DNA of 64,000 nt from Alphaproteobacteria bacterium. GTDB lineage: Bacteria > Pseudomonadota > Alphaproteobacteria > Rs-D84. The stretch is taken from positions 71,905 through 135,904 of the forward strand of contig SUUN01000002.1 in NCBI GenBank assembly GCA_015062495.1, written 5' to 3'. Every line of letters begins with the position of its first letter. Positions within the stretch are counted from its first letter, which is position 1. The notes beneath the pieces are model-generated. The model did no database searches. It had not been told where the DNA came from and saw only the letters and a program-made list of their open reading frames with translations. Below are positions 8,701-18,395 of this stretch, in pieces. The position numbers and the translations under genes were made by a program.

Positions 8701-8734
8701 ATCAAATATATAGAACGCCCCCACAAAAATTCAA
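8701..8734 (-). promoter_or_regulatory. possible heat-shock-type promoter upstream of dnaJ (TTGAAT-N16-TATATA on the minus strand)
   Basis: Hexamer-like elements about 30-60 nt upstream of the dnaJ ATG. Only weak resemblance to sigma32 consensus. Confidence 0.2.
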
Positions 8735-8808
8735 CCCCAAAATATGATTTAGGTTGAAATTCTTTGGACTTGCGTAAAATTCAAAAATGTTTTAATAATA
8801 CTAACATT

Positions 8809-10788
8809 ATGACAGAGAAAAAGACACAAACATATGACGCATCAGATATCCAGGTCCTAGAAGGGCTTGAACCTGTTCGCCTGCGTCCCGGCATGTATAT
8901 TGGTGGCACTGATGAAAAGGCGTGGCATCACCTGCCGATTGAAATTATGGACAATTCCATTGACGAAGCCGTCGCCGGCTTTGCCAAGAAAATCACAGTA
9001 AATTTAATTGATTCCAAGACCATTGAAATCACCGACGACGGTCGTGGTATTCCGGTGGACGAACACCCAAAGTACCCCGGCAAATCCGCCCTAGAGGTTA
9101 TATTAACAACCCTGCATTCGGGCGGTAAGTTTAATAATAATGTTTATAAAACCAGCGGTGGCCTGCACGGCGTTGGATCGGCTGTGGTAAACGCGCTGTC
9201 ATCTGAAATGGTGGTGGACATTGCCCGCGACGGCTATAACTGGCACCAGACTTTTTCACGTGGCGTCACAACATCACCCATGACACGGGGCGACGCAACC
9301 AAGGCCCACGGGACAAAAATCCGCTTTACAATTGATGATGAAATTTTTGGTGCATCTGCCACATTTAAACCGGTAAAAATTTATCGCATGGCCCGGGCCA
9401 AGGCTTTCCTGTCCCGCGGGGTTAAAATCGACTGGCACTGCAACCCAGAATTATTGACCGAAGACATGAATATCCCGGCCACAACAACGTTCTTTTATCC
9501 GAACGGCGTGGCGGATTTCCTGGCGGAAAAGACAGATTCTAAACCACGAATCCTGCCCCGCATTTTCAGTGGCAGCGTTGATTTCCCCGATGACAGCGGT
9601 CGCGTTGAATGGGCACTAACATTTTTAACCGATGAAAATGGCGCGGCATCTGACGATGGATTCTTCTCGTCTTACTGTAATACAATTGCGACAATCGACG
9701 GTGGCACACACGAAACCGGTTTCAAATCCGCCATTACCAAGGGGATTAAGGCATACGGCGAAAAAGTTAATAACAAAGCCGCCGCATCAATTATCGGCGA
9801 AGACGTTTTTGATTCTGTTGCTGCAATCGTATCTGTCTTCTATAAAACACCACAATTCCTGGGCCAGACCAAGGAAAAATTATCCAACCCAGAAATCGCG
9901 CGCTATACTGAAAATGCACTGCGCGACCCATGGGAAATGTTTTTGGCATCCGACCCAAAGACGGCGAATGCATTACTGGAATTTGTAATCAACCTGGCAA
10001 ACGCGCGCATCAAAACCAAGGCGGTCAAAGATGTCGCCCGCAAAACCCCGACCAAGCGTATTCGCATGCCTGCGAAACTGGCCGACTGTTCAAAACACGG
10101 CATCGCCGGCACAGAATTATTTATTGTAGAGGGGGAATCGGCCGGCGGTACTGCAAAACAGGCACGCGATCGTGCAACCCAGGCAATTATGCCACTGCGC
10201 GGCAAGGTATTAAATGTTATATCTAATTCAGACGAACGTTTTGGCAACAACCGCGAATTAAACGATTTAATTGACATTATCGGCGCAGGCACAGCCAAAG
10301 ATTGGAACGAAGATAAACTGCGTTATGAGAAAATTATCGTCATGACCGATGCCGACGTCGACGGCAGTCATATCGCATCACTGCTGATGGCATTTTTCTA
10401 TCAATACATGCCCCAGTTAATTTATGGTGGCCACCTGTATTTATCGTGCCCACCGCTGTATAAATTAACATGCGGGACTGAATCCATCTATGTTGATACA
10501 GACGAAGAATTGGAAAACCTGAAATCAACTAAATATAAAAATAAAAAGGTTGAAATTTCACGATTCAAGGGTCTGGGCGAAATGATGCCGAACCAATTAA
10601 AAGAAACCACCATGTCACCCAAAACACGCCGATTGATACGCGTAGACCTGCCACCGCGTACCGAAGACGGCATCGAAGACACGGAAAAAACACGCATAAT
10701 TGTTTCTGAATTGATGGGCAAAAAGCCAGAATTTCGATTCAAATTTATCACCGAACATGCCCAATTTGTAAAAGACTTGTTCGTATAA
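8809..10788 (+). CDS. parE: DNA topoisomerase IV subunit B (GyrB/ParE family; length favours ParE)
   Basis: N-terminal TYDASDIQVLEGLEPVRLRPGMYIGGT, an ATPase (GHKL) fold, a TOPRIM region (EGESAGG) and C-terminal motifs. About 660 aa, lacking the GyrB-specific insertion. Start re-picked at ATG 8809 because the track start looked like an alternative start codon. Confidence 0.75.
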   Translation: MTEKKTQTYDASDIQVLEGLEPVRLRPGMYIGGTDEKAWHHLPIEIMDNSIDEAVAGFAKKITVNLIDSKTIEITDDGRGIPVDEHPKYPGKSALEVILTTLHSGGKFNNNVYKTSGGLHGVGSAVVNALSSEMVVDIARDGYNWHQTFSRGVTTSPMTRGDATKAHGTKIRFTIDDEIFGASATFKPVKIYRMARAKAFLSRGVKIDWHCNPELLTEDMNIPATTTFFYPNGVADFLAEKTDSKPRILPRIFSGSVDFPDDSGRVEWALTFLTDENGAASDDGFFSSYCNTIATIDGGTHETGFKSAITKGIKAYGEKVNNKAAASIIGEDVFDSVAAIVSVFYKTPQFLGQTKEKLSNPEIARYTENALRDPWEMFLASDPKTANALLEFVINLANARIKTKAVKDVARKTPTKRIRMPAKLADCSKHGIAGTELFIVEGESAGGTAKQARDRATQAIMPLRGKVLNVISNSDERFGNNRELNDLIDIIGAGTAKDWNEDKLRYEKIIVMTDADVDGSHIASLLMAFFYQYMPQLIYGGHLYLSCPPLYKLTCGTESIYVDTDEELENLKSTKYKNKKVEISRFKGLGEMMPNQLKETTMSPKTRRLIRVDLPPRTEDGIEDTEKTRIIVSELMGKKPEFRFKFITEHAQFVKDLFV

Positions 10789-10899
10789 ACCAATCTATCG
10801 GGAACAATCCCGATAGATTTTTTCTTTCTTGTTCCTTGACAATTTTATATTTTGTGTTACATTTCAAACAATGATAAAAAAATAAAAAGGGGAACACTC

Positions 10900-11403
10900 A
10901 TGAAATTATTTGGCAAAAAAAATTCAATATCTGCACCAACACCTGTTATGTCGACAATTCCAGAAGACCACGTGTCCAAGAAAAAGAAAAACACATATCA
11001 AATTGCATTTTCACCATTTATGTCAACGGAATTATTTACCCTGTGCAAAACCGCGCCGCTGGGTGTTATTGTCTTGAATGGCAAACAGACCCAAGAAAGT
11101 ACAGGCTGGATTTCTTGTACCCAATTTCCAAACCCCGGTGCATGTGACATGGCAACAAAACAAACCGTCCTGCGCGAAATTATGGGCGAAAAAATTGCGA
11201 CACAAATCATTGAATACCTGGACAAAGAAACTGGCAAACCTGTGGTTCAAGTTTTCCCAGAACTAATGCACGTATTTGATGGATACGAAGAAAATTATAT
11301 GTCACGTTTAAACCATGCATCACGCCGCGATTTAAAAAAACAGATTGCATTGCGCGAACGCCTGATTTCCGAATTCATGGCACGTCAACAGGCACAAAAA
11401 TAA
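10900..11403 (+). CDS. hypothetical protein
   Basis: ORF with RBS AAAGGGGAACACTC before ATG 10900. No recognisable motif. Followed by a terminator. Confidence 0.5.
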   Translation: MKLFGKKNSISAPTPVMSTIPEDHVSKKKKNTYQIAFSPFMSTELFTLCKTAPLGVIVLNGKQTQESTGWISCTQFPNPGACDMATKQTVLREIMGEKIATQIIEYLDKETGKPVVQVFPELMHVFDGYEENYMSRLNHASRRDLKKQIALRERLISEFMARQQAQK

Positions 11404-11430
11404 AAATCCCCCAACCGGGGGATTTTTTAT
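11402..11430. terminator. bidirectional terminator AAAAATCCCCCAACCGGGGGATTTTTT
   Basis: Hairpin with a T-tract between convergent genes. Confidence 0.7.
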
Positions 11431-11861
11431 CTGCGTTTCCAATTCACAGAATCCATAATTATATTCGGAATTACATCCATTGGATTGTCCAAATCCAAAT
11501 TCCCCAGTGGCTTTACAGATGACCAATCAAAATTAATCGGCGCCCCCACCCCATAAATATATTCCACATAACCACATGTGCGTGGCACTAAATTACCAGC
11601 CACCGCCAATTCTGGTGTCACCTTGGTACATTCATATTTTCGTACCTTTAAACGATTATTATAATCCATGCAACGTCGCGTTTTCAAATCAAGGCAATTA
11701 CAAGACAGTCGCGTATAAAGGGTTATCATATCTGTTCCCGTCTTACACAAACAACACAAACCACACCCCTTGCATATTTTTTCATAAGCACCCGGCGACA
11801 TGCGACGCAATTGTTCAAAACGCTGCGCCTGCTGTGGCGTTAAATTATATTTGATTTCCAT
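11427..11861 (-). CDS. YkgJ/UPF0153-family cysteine-cluster protein (putative Fe-S or zinc-binding)
   Basis: 144 aa with the CxxCGxCC...C cluster (KGCGLCCLCKTG) typical of YkgJ-family proteins. Confidence 0.5.
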   Translation of the reverse strand: MEIKYNLTPQQAQRFEQLRRMSPGAYEKICKGCGLCCLCKTGTDMITLYTRLSCNCLDLKTRRCMDYNNRLKVRKYECTKVTPELAVAGNLVPRTCGYVEYIYGVGAPINFDWSSVKPLGNLDLDNPMDVIPNIIMDSVNWKRR

Positions 11862-11928
11862 AAAAATTCCTTTTTTGGAATCTTAGACCAAAATCAAATT
11901 CTGTCAAATAAAAAACATCGAACTTATT

Positions 11929-12076
11929 GAAAATAAATTAGAATGATTCAGATAAAAAAATACAATTTATAAAAATAAAAGATAATGGTGTAGATATGGG
12001 ATGGGGGCGACATCGTAGTGTACAAACGCTACATGAGATGTCACCCCCGCCCATAGATATGCCATTAGATTTTATT
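11929..12076. repeat. structured intergenic repeat, copy A (conserved-core hairpin family)
   Basis: Composition: GAAAATAAATTAGAATG ... AAAAGATAATGGTGTAGATATGG, then a ~52-nt hairpin (12002-12053) with core GTAGTGTACAAACGCTACATGAG, then CATAGATATGCCATTAGATTTTATT. Abuts the stop codon of the secretin gene. Homologous to 57984-58170. Confidence 0.7.
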
Positions 12077-13705
12077 TTAGTTCAGCGGCGCGCCCCAGTG
12101 CTGCTGAATACTACGCTCTGCATCCATCGGGCTAACCAGAACCTGCGGCGTCAGGATAACAACCAACACTTCACGACTGGCCGATGTTTCACGCGAACCA
12201 GACAGCGCCATAAAGTCCGGATCACCCAGGCCATAACGCGTATCTGAACCTTTTTGTTTTTCAAATCCCGACACCACCAACATTTGACCTGATTCCATGA
12301 TAACTTCTTGCATGAAACTGCGCTCTTCAACCTCGGGCAATTGCAATGTCACTTCACCAATTGTCTGGGTTGACATACGCAATAGTTCACGCACCGACAT
12401 ACGGAACAGCAACAAAATCTTGCCATTTTCCAAAACATTCGGCAACAGTTGCATTGTGAATCCTGTTTCCAAATCGTCCTGATCAACCGTACTGGATTCA
12501 ACCGTTGTAAAATTACGCGATTCAAAACGCTTGATATAGCCGGTTGTACGTGTATTGCTGACCGGGGCAACACGGTTCGAACGCGTTGTCACACCAACGT
12601 TTGTAACCAACGATACCTTGCCCTGCTTTGCCAATGCTTCAATCAACGCATTGCTGCCCGCCGCACCTGACAGTGAACCATTCATAATCTGATCTTGGGT
12701 ATACGCCCCCTCTACAAGTGACGATCCCTCCATATGCGTTGCACCCGTCAATGCCGATACAGTATTAGACAACACAGCGATATTCATAGAACTGGCCTCG
12801 GTCGATGCCAAATTGTTCTTTGGATTTGCGACAATATTCAATCCAGATGTTGAATTAATCGCCGCCGCCAAATTCAAACCAAACGCAGAATCGTTTGAAA
12901 TCGTAACTTGCAAAACCTTAACATCAATTGTAATCAATTGACTCAAACGCTTGTTCTGACGTTCAATATATTCACCAACACGCGCCAAAATCGATGGCGA
13001 CGCGGTAACTGTAATTGTCCCTAAACTGCGCGACACTGTAAAGTCTGCATTATCTGCCTTGCCAATAATGGATTCGATTGCATTTTCAACTTCGTCCCAT
13101 TCTTTTAAAGTAGATTCCAGCGACACTTCATTTGAATTATCGGTCGACACAGATGTTTGATATGCAACCTCAGTCCCCAGGGCATACAAGGTAAATGTTT
13201 TTGTTTCTGTTTCATAAAAGACGATTGAATTTTTATCATAATACCACAACAAATCCAAATCTGTTGCGACCTGACTTAACAATCCGGACAATTTACCAGT
13301 ATATGCCACATTAACCAATTTCTTTAATTTATCAGACGATACCTGGCCATCAATTTTAACTGGGATACCAGTAATTGAATAAATATCATTAGCCAGCACC
13401 TGTAACGACACAGGTTCATTTAACAAGATAGTCACCCCCGTATCCGTTTCAAACTTAGACGGCAGGTTATTGCGATGTTCCAACACCATGGACTTGTTTC
13501 CCAACCAAACCCCTTCGGACATAGAAACTGTATCACCACTGGCAACCTTGGCGCGTGGATTTTTCGCCATTTCAAACGCATCATATGCGTTAATAAAATC
13601 CTGATCCACAGATGCTGCAACCTTGGCCGATTCGCGTTTTGCACATCCCGTTGCCGTCGCCAACACAACACTGCACAGAATTAAAAATTTTAATGACTTT
13701 CTCAT
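12077..13705 (-). CDS. secretin-family outer-membrane lipoprotein (type IVb pilus / T2SS-type secretin)
   Basis: 542 aa. Lipoprotein signal (LATATGC). C-terminal secretin signature GLGDPDFMALSG...EVLVVILTPQVL, analogous to the IPxLG...ELLVFITP motif. Confidence 0.7.
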   Translation of the reverse strand: MRKSLKFLILCSVVLATATGCAKRESAKVAASVDQDFINAYDAFEMAKNPRAKVASGDTVSMSEGVWLGNKSMVLEHRNNLPSKFETDTGVTILLNEPVSLQVLANDIYSITGIPVKIDGQVSSDKLKKLVNVAYTGKLSGLLSQVATDLDLLWYYDKNSIVFYETETKTFTLYALGTEVAYQTSVSTDNSNEVSLESTLKEWDEVENAIESIIGKADNADFTVSRSLGTITVTASPSILARVGEYIERQNKRLSQLITIDVKVLQVTISNDSAFGLNLAAAINSTSGLNIVANPKNNLASTEASSMNIAVLSNTVSALTGATHMEGSSLVEGAYTQDQIMNGSLSGAAGSNALIEALAKQGKVSLVTNVGVTTRSNRVAPVSNTRTTGYIKRFESRNFTTVESSTVDQDDLETGFTMQLLPNVLENGKILLLFRMSVRELLRMSTQTIGEVTLQLPEVEERSFMQEVIMESGQMLVVSGFEKQKGSDTRYGLGDPDFMALSGSRETSASREVLVVILTPQVLVSPMDAERSIQQHWGAPLN

Positions 13706-13737
13706 AATTATTCTCCTACGCCATCTGTCTGTGATAC

Positions 13738-14664
13738 TTATTCATCATCTGTTGAAATTACCAACACTCTATTACCCTTATAGAATTTTGCATATGGGAT
13801 TGGTGTCGCACGTCCAAAATTACGCACCAAAGCAGACGCCACATCAACAAAACGTCCCTTGAATACGGCACTGGCCTCAATCGGATATTCGCGCGGCGTT
13901 GTCCAAACTAAATCCCAACCTTCTTTATCGCACCAGGACTGCAAAACCTCGCGCAGGGTTTGACCATTTGCAACAACCCATGAACGAACCTGGTCTGTTA
14001 AATTAACTGGTGCTTCGGCATCTGCAGAAACATCCACCGCAATTTCAGTTTCTTCTTCAACAACCTCAACATCTTGTTCCACGCTTTCAACCTTCATACC
14101 ATTACGAACTGCAAACGCCTCATATCCATCGGCATATTTACCACAGTTCTTGCGTCCACTGCGCGACACAGCCAAAACATTTCCACCATCATCTTCTAAA
14201 ACCTCGCGATGCAACAGTGCCATCTCTGCCCCGTTACATTCGTCGTCAAAGCCAACCGGAATCTGTGTCCCGTGCAACAAATTCGCCCCACCGGACCAAC
14301 CTGTAAATTCACCACGCGCCCCCAGGTTAAAATTATTTTCAACCACTAAATCCGCACCAATCTTGGACACAATACGAATATTATCATCCTGCTTGGTCTT
14401 AGAACACGCACCACCTTCGCAGGAAATCTCTACATCGGCATCAGAACCCGCGATCGGCCACGCAGGCACACTTGCCGGCATTGCATAGTTTTCAACCATA
14501 TCCATTTGCATGGTATCAACCTGTTCATACGTTCCACCATCTGCGACAACATCTTGTTCATAGAACACCTCAGACGTTACGACCTGGGGCAAAGAATCCG
14601 CGGCAAAGCAATAGCCCGCCGCCGTTGCAAACATTGCAATAATCAAAATCTTGCGGAACATCAA
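13738..14664 (-). CDS. TcpQ/PilL-like protein (putative secretin-associated pilotin/assembly factor)
   Basis: 308 aa with signal peptide. C-terminal ~75 aa (QTLREVLQSWCDKEGWDLVWTTPREYPIEASAVFKGRFVDVASALVRNFG...YKGNRVLVIS) resembles the TcpQ / IncI1 PilL C-terminal domain. Immediately upstream of the secretin and co-oriented with it. Confidence 0.4.
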   Translation of the reverse strand: MMFRKILIIAMFATAAGYCFAADSLPQVVTSEVFYEQDVVADGGTYEQVDTMQMDMVENYAMPASVPAWPIAGSDADVEISCEGGACSKTKQDDNIRIVSKIGADLVVENNFNLGARGEFTGWSGGANLLHGTQIPVGFDDECNGAEMALLHREVLEDDGGNVLAVSRSGRKNCGKYADGYEAFAVRNGMKVESVEQDVEVVEEETEIAVDVSADAEAPVNLTDQVRSWVVANGQTLREVLQSWCDKEGWDLVWTTPREYPIEASAVFKGRFVDVASALVRNFGRATPIPYAKFYKGNRVLVISTDDE

Positions 14665-14844
14665 AACCTTCCTTTCCTTGAATAATCTTCCTTAATTAAT
14701 AATTATTATAACAATTTGCCCGAATCTGTGCAAGACCTAAAACACACATAAATCAACGAAAAAAAATAATTGCGCATATAAATCGCACGAATCGACAAAA
14801 GATGTTATACTGTCCCCAAAGAACCAGACATTTCAGGGGACAAC

Positions 14845-15387
14845 ATGGAAAACATTATTATTTTTGGCTTACTTGGCATAATTGTTTTATTAATTGGCGT
14901 TATATCGCTGTACATATATCGCATAAACACGCGCATTGGCGACATTGGCAAAACCCTGGAACATCAGTATGCCCTGATTGTAAAAATTCAGTCCGTACTA
15001 AAAAACAAATCCGCCACAAATGCGGTTGCCGAAAACGCAGAAATGATATACCAAGATCTGTTGCAAAACCTGATACCTGTGATGGCGGCAATTGACATTA
15101 TGCCCCGCAACACACCTGAACACGCCCTGTGGCGCGCCCTGGGCGGCATAATGGACGAATATGCGAAAAACCCATTCGCCTTGGAAAAATTACGTCGCGC
15201 AATCAAACTAGATTCCGAAGTTGCCCGCAACATCGACAACTATATGCGTCGTGCAGACACCTTCTTGCACCACCTAACGACCACAGAACCGGACGGCCTG
15301 TTATCCAACACATTTACCGATGGCCTGTTGGGACAATCATTAACATTCTTTGCCCAGGCAAAACAGTTGGCGGCACAAAACACATAA
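14845..15387 (+). CDS. hypothetical membrane-anchored protein
   Basis: 180 aa with an N-terminal transmembrane helix (IIIFGLLGIIVLLIGVISLYIY). No motif recognised. Confidence 0.45.
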   Translation: MENIIIFGLLGIIVLLIGVISLYIYRINTRIGDIGKTLEHQYALIVKIQSVLKNKSATNAVAENAEMIYQDLLQNLIPVMAAIDIMPRNTPEHALWRALGGIMDEYAKNPFALEKLRRAIKLDSEVARNIDNYMRRADTFLHHLTTTEPDGLLSNTFTDGLLGQSLTFFAQAKQLAAQNT

Positions 15388-15391
15388 ACGT

Positions 15392-16720
15392 ATGGCAAAA
15401 TTGTCTGAAAATCTTATCCGTGAAATATCGGCCAAACGTAATGAACCCGATTGGCTATTACAATGGCGTCTTGACGCATATAACGCATGGAAAGATATGA
15501 CCGAACCCCATTGGGCCGACATTGAATACAGCCCCATTGATTACGACAGTTTAAATTATTATAACGAGCCAGGCGAAATCGATAATTCTGACTTAGAATC
15601 CGTGTATGATAAAATGGGCCTGCCCGAAAATGAAAAACGCGCCCTGTTGGGAATGGCAACCGACACTGTAATCGACAGTCGTTCCGTCCACACATCATAC
15701 ACAGCCGAACTAGAAAAATTAGGGATAATATTTCTACCTTTCTCGGACGCAGTTATCAAACATCCCGACCTCGTAAAAAAATACCTGGGCACGGTCGTAC
15801 CTGCATCTGACAACTTTTTTGCAGCACTAAATGCCGCTGTATTTTCAGACGGCACATTTGTATACATTCCACCCAACACAAAATGCCCGATTGACCTGGC
15901 CAGTTATTTTAGAATAGAAACCGCAAAAATCGGACAATTTGAACGCACGCTTATCATTGCAGATGCCGGTGCCGAATTAACATATATGGAAGGCTGCAGC
16001 GCCCCCCGCCGCCCAAACCACCAACTGCACAGTGGCGTCGTTGAAATAATTGCCATGGATAACGCAACCATCAAATACGCAACCGTCCAAAATTGGTTTG
16101 CCGGCGACTTTGATGGCACGAAAAACAACGGTGGCATTTTAAACTTTGTAACCAAGCGTGGAATTTGCCACGACAACGCAAAACTACTCTGGACCCAGAT
16201 GGAGGTTGGCAGCGCCCTAACCTGGAAATACCCATCAACAATTTTGCGCGGAAACAATGCGTACAGCGATTTTTATTCATTATCAATTACACGTGGTGCT
16301 CAAATGGCCGACACCGGCACAAAAATGATACACATTGGCGACAATTCAATATCAAATATTGTCTCATATGGCATCGCACTGGATGCATCCACCCAGACAT
16401 TTCGCAGCCTGGTATCTTTTACCGGAAAAAACTGCACCAATGCATCCAAGTGTGACAGCCGCATTATCGGCAATCGCGCCACTGCAAACACACTGCCACG
16501 AATTATCCACGGCGGACAACACAACTCACAATCGCACGAGGCCACAACCGGCACCATCGACGCCGCCACCCTAAACTATCTGAACATGGCCGGCATCGAA
16601 ACCGACGCTGCAATCGCACTGATAATTGGCGCCGCCGCAACACCGGTATTATCACGTCTGCCGATGGAATTTTTGGTTGAATCAAAACAATTAATACAAA
16701 TGGCAATATCCAGGGATTAA
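15392..16720 (+). CDS. sufB: Fe-S cluster assembly protein SufB
   Basis: SufB/SufD-family beta-helix protein about 440 aa, directly upstream of sufC. Start re-picked at MAKLSENLIR. Confidence 0.8.
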   Translation: MAKLSENLIREISAKRNEPDWLLQWRLDAYNAWKDMTEPHWADIEYSPIDYDSLNYYNEPGEIDNSDLESVYDKMGLPENEKRALLGMATDTVIDSRSVHTSYTAELEKLGIIFLPFSDAVIKHPDLVKKYLGTVVPASDNFFAALNAAVFSDGTFVYIPPNTKCPIDLASYFRIETAKIGQFERTLIIADAGAELTYMEGCSAPRRPNHQLHSGVVEIIAMDNATIKYATVQNWFAGDFDGTKNNGGILNFVTKRGICHDNAKLLWTQMEVGSALTWKYPSTILRGNNAYSDFYSLSITRGAQMADTGTKMIHIGDNSISNIVSYGIALDASTQTFRSLVSFTGKNCTNASKCDSRIIGNRATANTLPRIIHGGQHNSQSHEATTGTIDAATLNYLNMAGIETDAAIALIIGAAATPVLSRLPMEFLVESKQLIQMAISRD

Positions 16721-16722
16721 AG

Positions 16723-17400
16723 ATGTTAGAAATAAAAAAATTAACTGTATTTTATGGCGACAAAGAATTACTGACCGACATCAACATGACGGTGTCTGGT
16801 GGCGAACGCCATTTAATATCGGGACACAACGGTTCAGGCAAATCAACATTGGCCCAGACAATCGCCGGCAACCCAGACTATAAAATCACATCCGGCAAAA
16901 TCGTATTCGACGGTCGCGACATAACAAACGAAAATGCAACAACACGCGCACTGCTGGGCATATTTCTGGGCGCACAGCATGTCCCCGAAATACCAGGATT
17001 AACAGTTATCAGTTTTTTAAAACACTCAATTGCGGCCCACGTTCATTTTCAAACCGGCCACGAACTGTCCATGGGCGAATTTTTGCAAAACCTGGAATCT
17101 GCACGCGAACAATTAAATATACCGCGCGAATGGCTGAACCGCAGTATTAACGTCGGCTTTTCCGGCGGCGAACGCAAACGACTGATGCTGTTACGTCTGA
17201 TACTAACAAATCCGCGTCTGGCAATTCTGGACGAACCAGATTCTGGGGCCGACAACGACACACAACAATTAATCGCTGATACTGTAAAAAATATGCCAAA
17301 CACAACGTTTATCTTTATCAGTCACCAATCATCATTCACGGATAAAATTCAACCAACCAACACTACAACTTTATCATGCGGTAAAATTGTGGTAAAATAG
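16723..17400 (+). CDS. sufC: Fe-S cluster assembly ATPase SufC
   Basis: ABC ATPase with Walker A GHNGSGKST and an ABC signature (FSGGERKR), 225 aa. Gap of 2 nt after sufB. Confidence 0.85.
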   Translation: MLEIKKLTVFYGDKELLTDINMTVSGGERHLISGHNGSGKSTLAQTIAGNPDYKITSGKIVFDGRDITNENATTRALLGIFLGAQHVPEIPGLTVISFLKHSIAAHVHFQTGHELSMGEFLQNLESAREQLNIPREWLNRSINVGFSGGERKRLMLLRLILTNPRLAILDEPDSGADNDTQQLIADTVKNMPNTTFIFISHQSSFTDKIQPTNTTTLSCGKIVVK

Positions 17401-17407
17401 GTACAAA

Positions 17408-18346
17408 ATGGGGGATAACATGAAAAAATCAACAACCAAAAAATTTTCCACATGGACATTATGGTCACCATTAAAATTTGCGGCTACATCTTTTTGCATT
17501 TTAATATCAATTGCGTTTATATACAGTTTGATTGCTGGCGCAATTTATACACCCGCGACAATTCCCCAGACACCACTAATGATATTATTGGCACTTGGCT
17601 TTATATGTTCAATCGCACTGCAAATAAACTCATTGCCACGCGCTAAAATGGACCAACTGTCTTTTATCAGCATACATAACACACAAACCGTGCTTCTTTC
17701 TGGACTATTCATTACATCTTCATATCTTTTGGCACGCTATGCACAACAAATAATGTTTTACCTGTTTATGCTGGAAACACATTTATCCGCAACATTCATC
17801 ATAACACTGACGGCATCATTACTATTTTACCTGTATTTACTGGGCCTGGCGATTGCGAATATTTACGCTAAATTCCGCCGCATACGCGAATTTAATGTTC
17901 CAACCTGGAAAATAATTTGCAGTATGCCATTTGGCTTTGCCGCGTTGTGGACACCTGGCTATATCATAAAATCAACCGCAACCAAAGCAACCACATTCAC
18001 ACCAAAATCAAAATGGATGCAACGTGCAACAAATTGGATTTGTCTACGCCCCGCCAACACAATTGCAACATTTATAGCAATTACAACATTATCCGGCTTC
18101 TTCTTTGGCTTTAATGCGGTACTATTAACATTTTCTCTGACATTAATATTTGGAATTTGGGCACTGCAACGTGGCACAAAATCATTTATCCAGGATATGC
18201 CACGCAAATACGCCACCGCATCTGTCATATTTAATGTGGCATTACTGGCTATCACAATAATATACTTTGCTATACCACACACTTCTGACCAGGATGTTCA
18301 AATAACAATATCAGACACTGAAATAACAACAATACAGCAACAATAA
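17408..18346 (+). CDS. hypothetical polytopic membrane protein (not SufD)
   Basis: 312 aa with about 8 predicted transmembrane helices. No motif recognised. Confidence 0.5.
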   Translation: MGDNMKKSTTKKFSTWTLWSPLKFAATSFCILISIAFIYSLIAGAIYTPATIPQTPLMILLALGFICSIALQINSLPRAKMDQLSFISIHNTQTVLLSGLFITSSYLLARYAQQIMFYLFMLETHLSATFIITLTASLLFYLYLLGLAIANIYAKFRRIREFNVPTWKIICSMPFGFAALWTPGYIIKSTATKATTFTPKSKWMQRATNWICLRPANTIATFIAITTLSGFFFGFNAVLLTFSLTLIFGIWALQRGTKSFIQDMPRKYATASVIFNVALLAITIIYFAIPHTSDQDVQITISDTEITTIQQQ

Positions 18347-18350
18347 AAAA

Positions 18351-18363
18351 CGCGCTATACGCA
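18351..18363 (+). repeat. 13-mer CGCGCTATACGCA, site 2 of 6, 4 nt after the stop at 18346
   Basis: Context is TAAAAAACGCGCTATACGCACGATTTATTG. Confidence 0.6.
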
Positions 18364-18395
18364 CGATTTATTGACACACAAAGGGGGAAACACAA

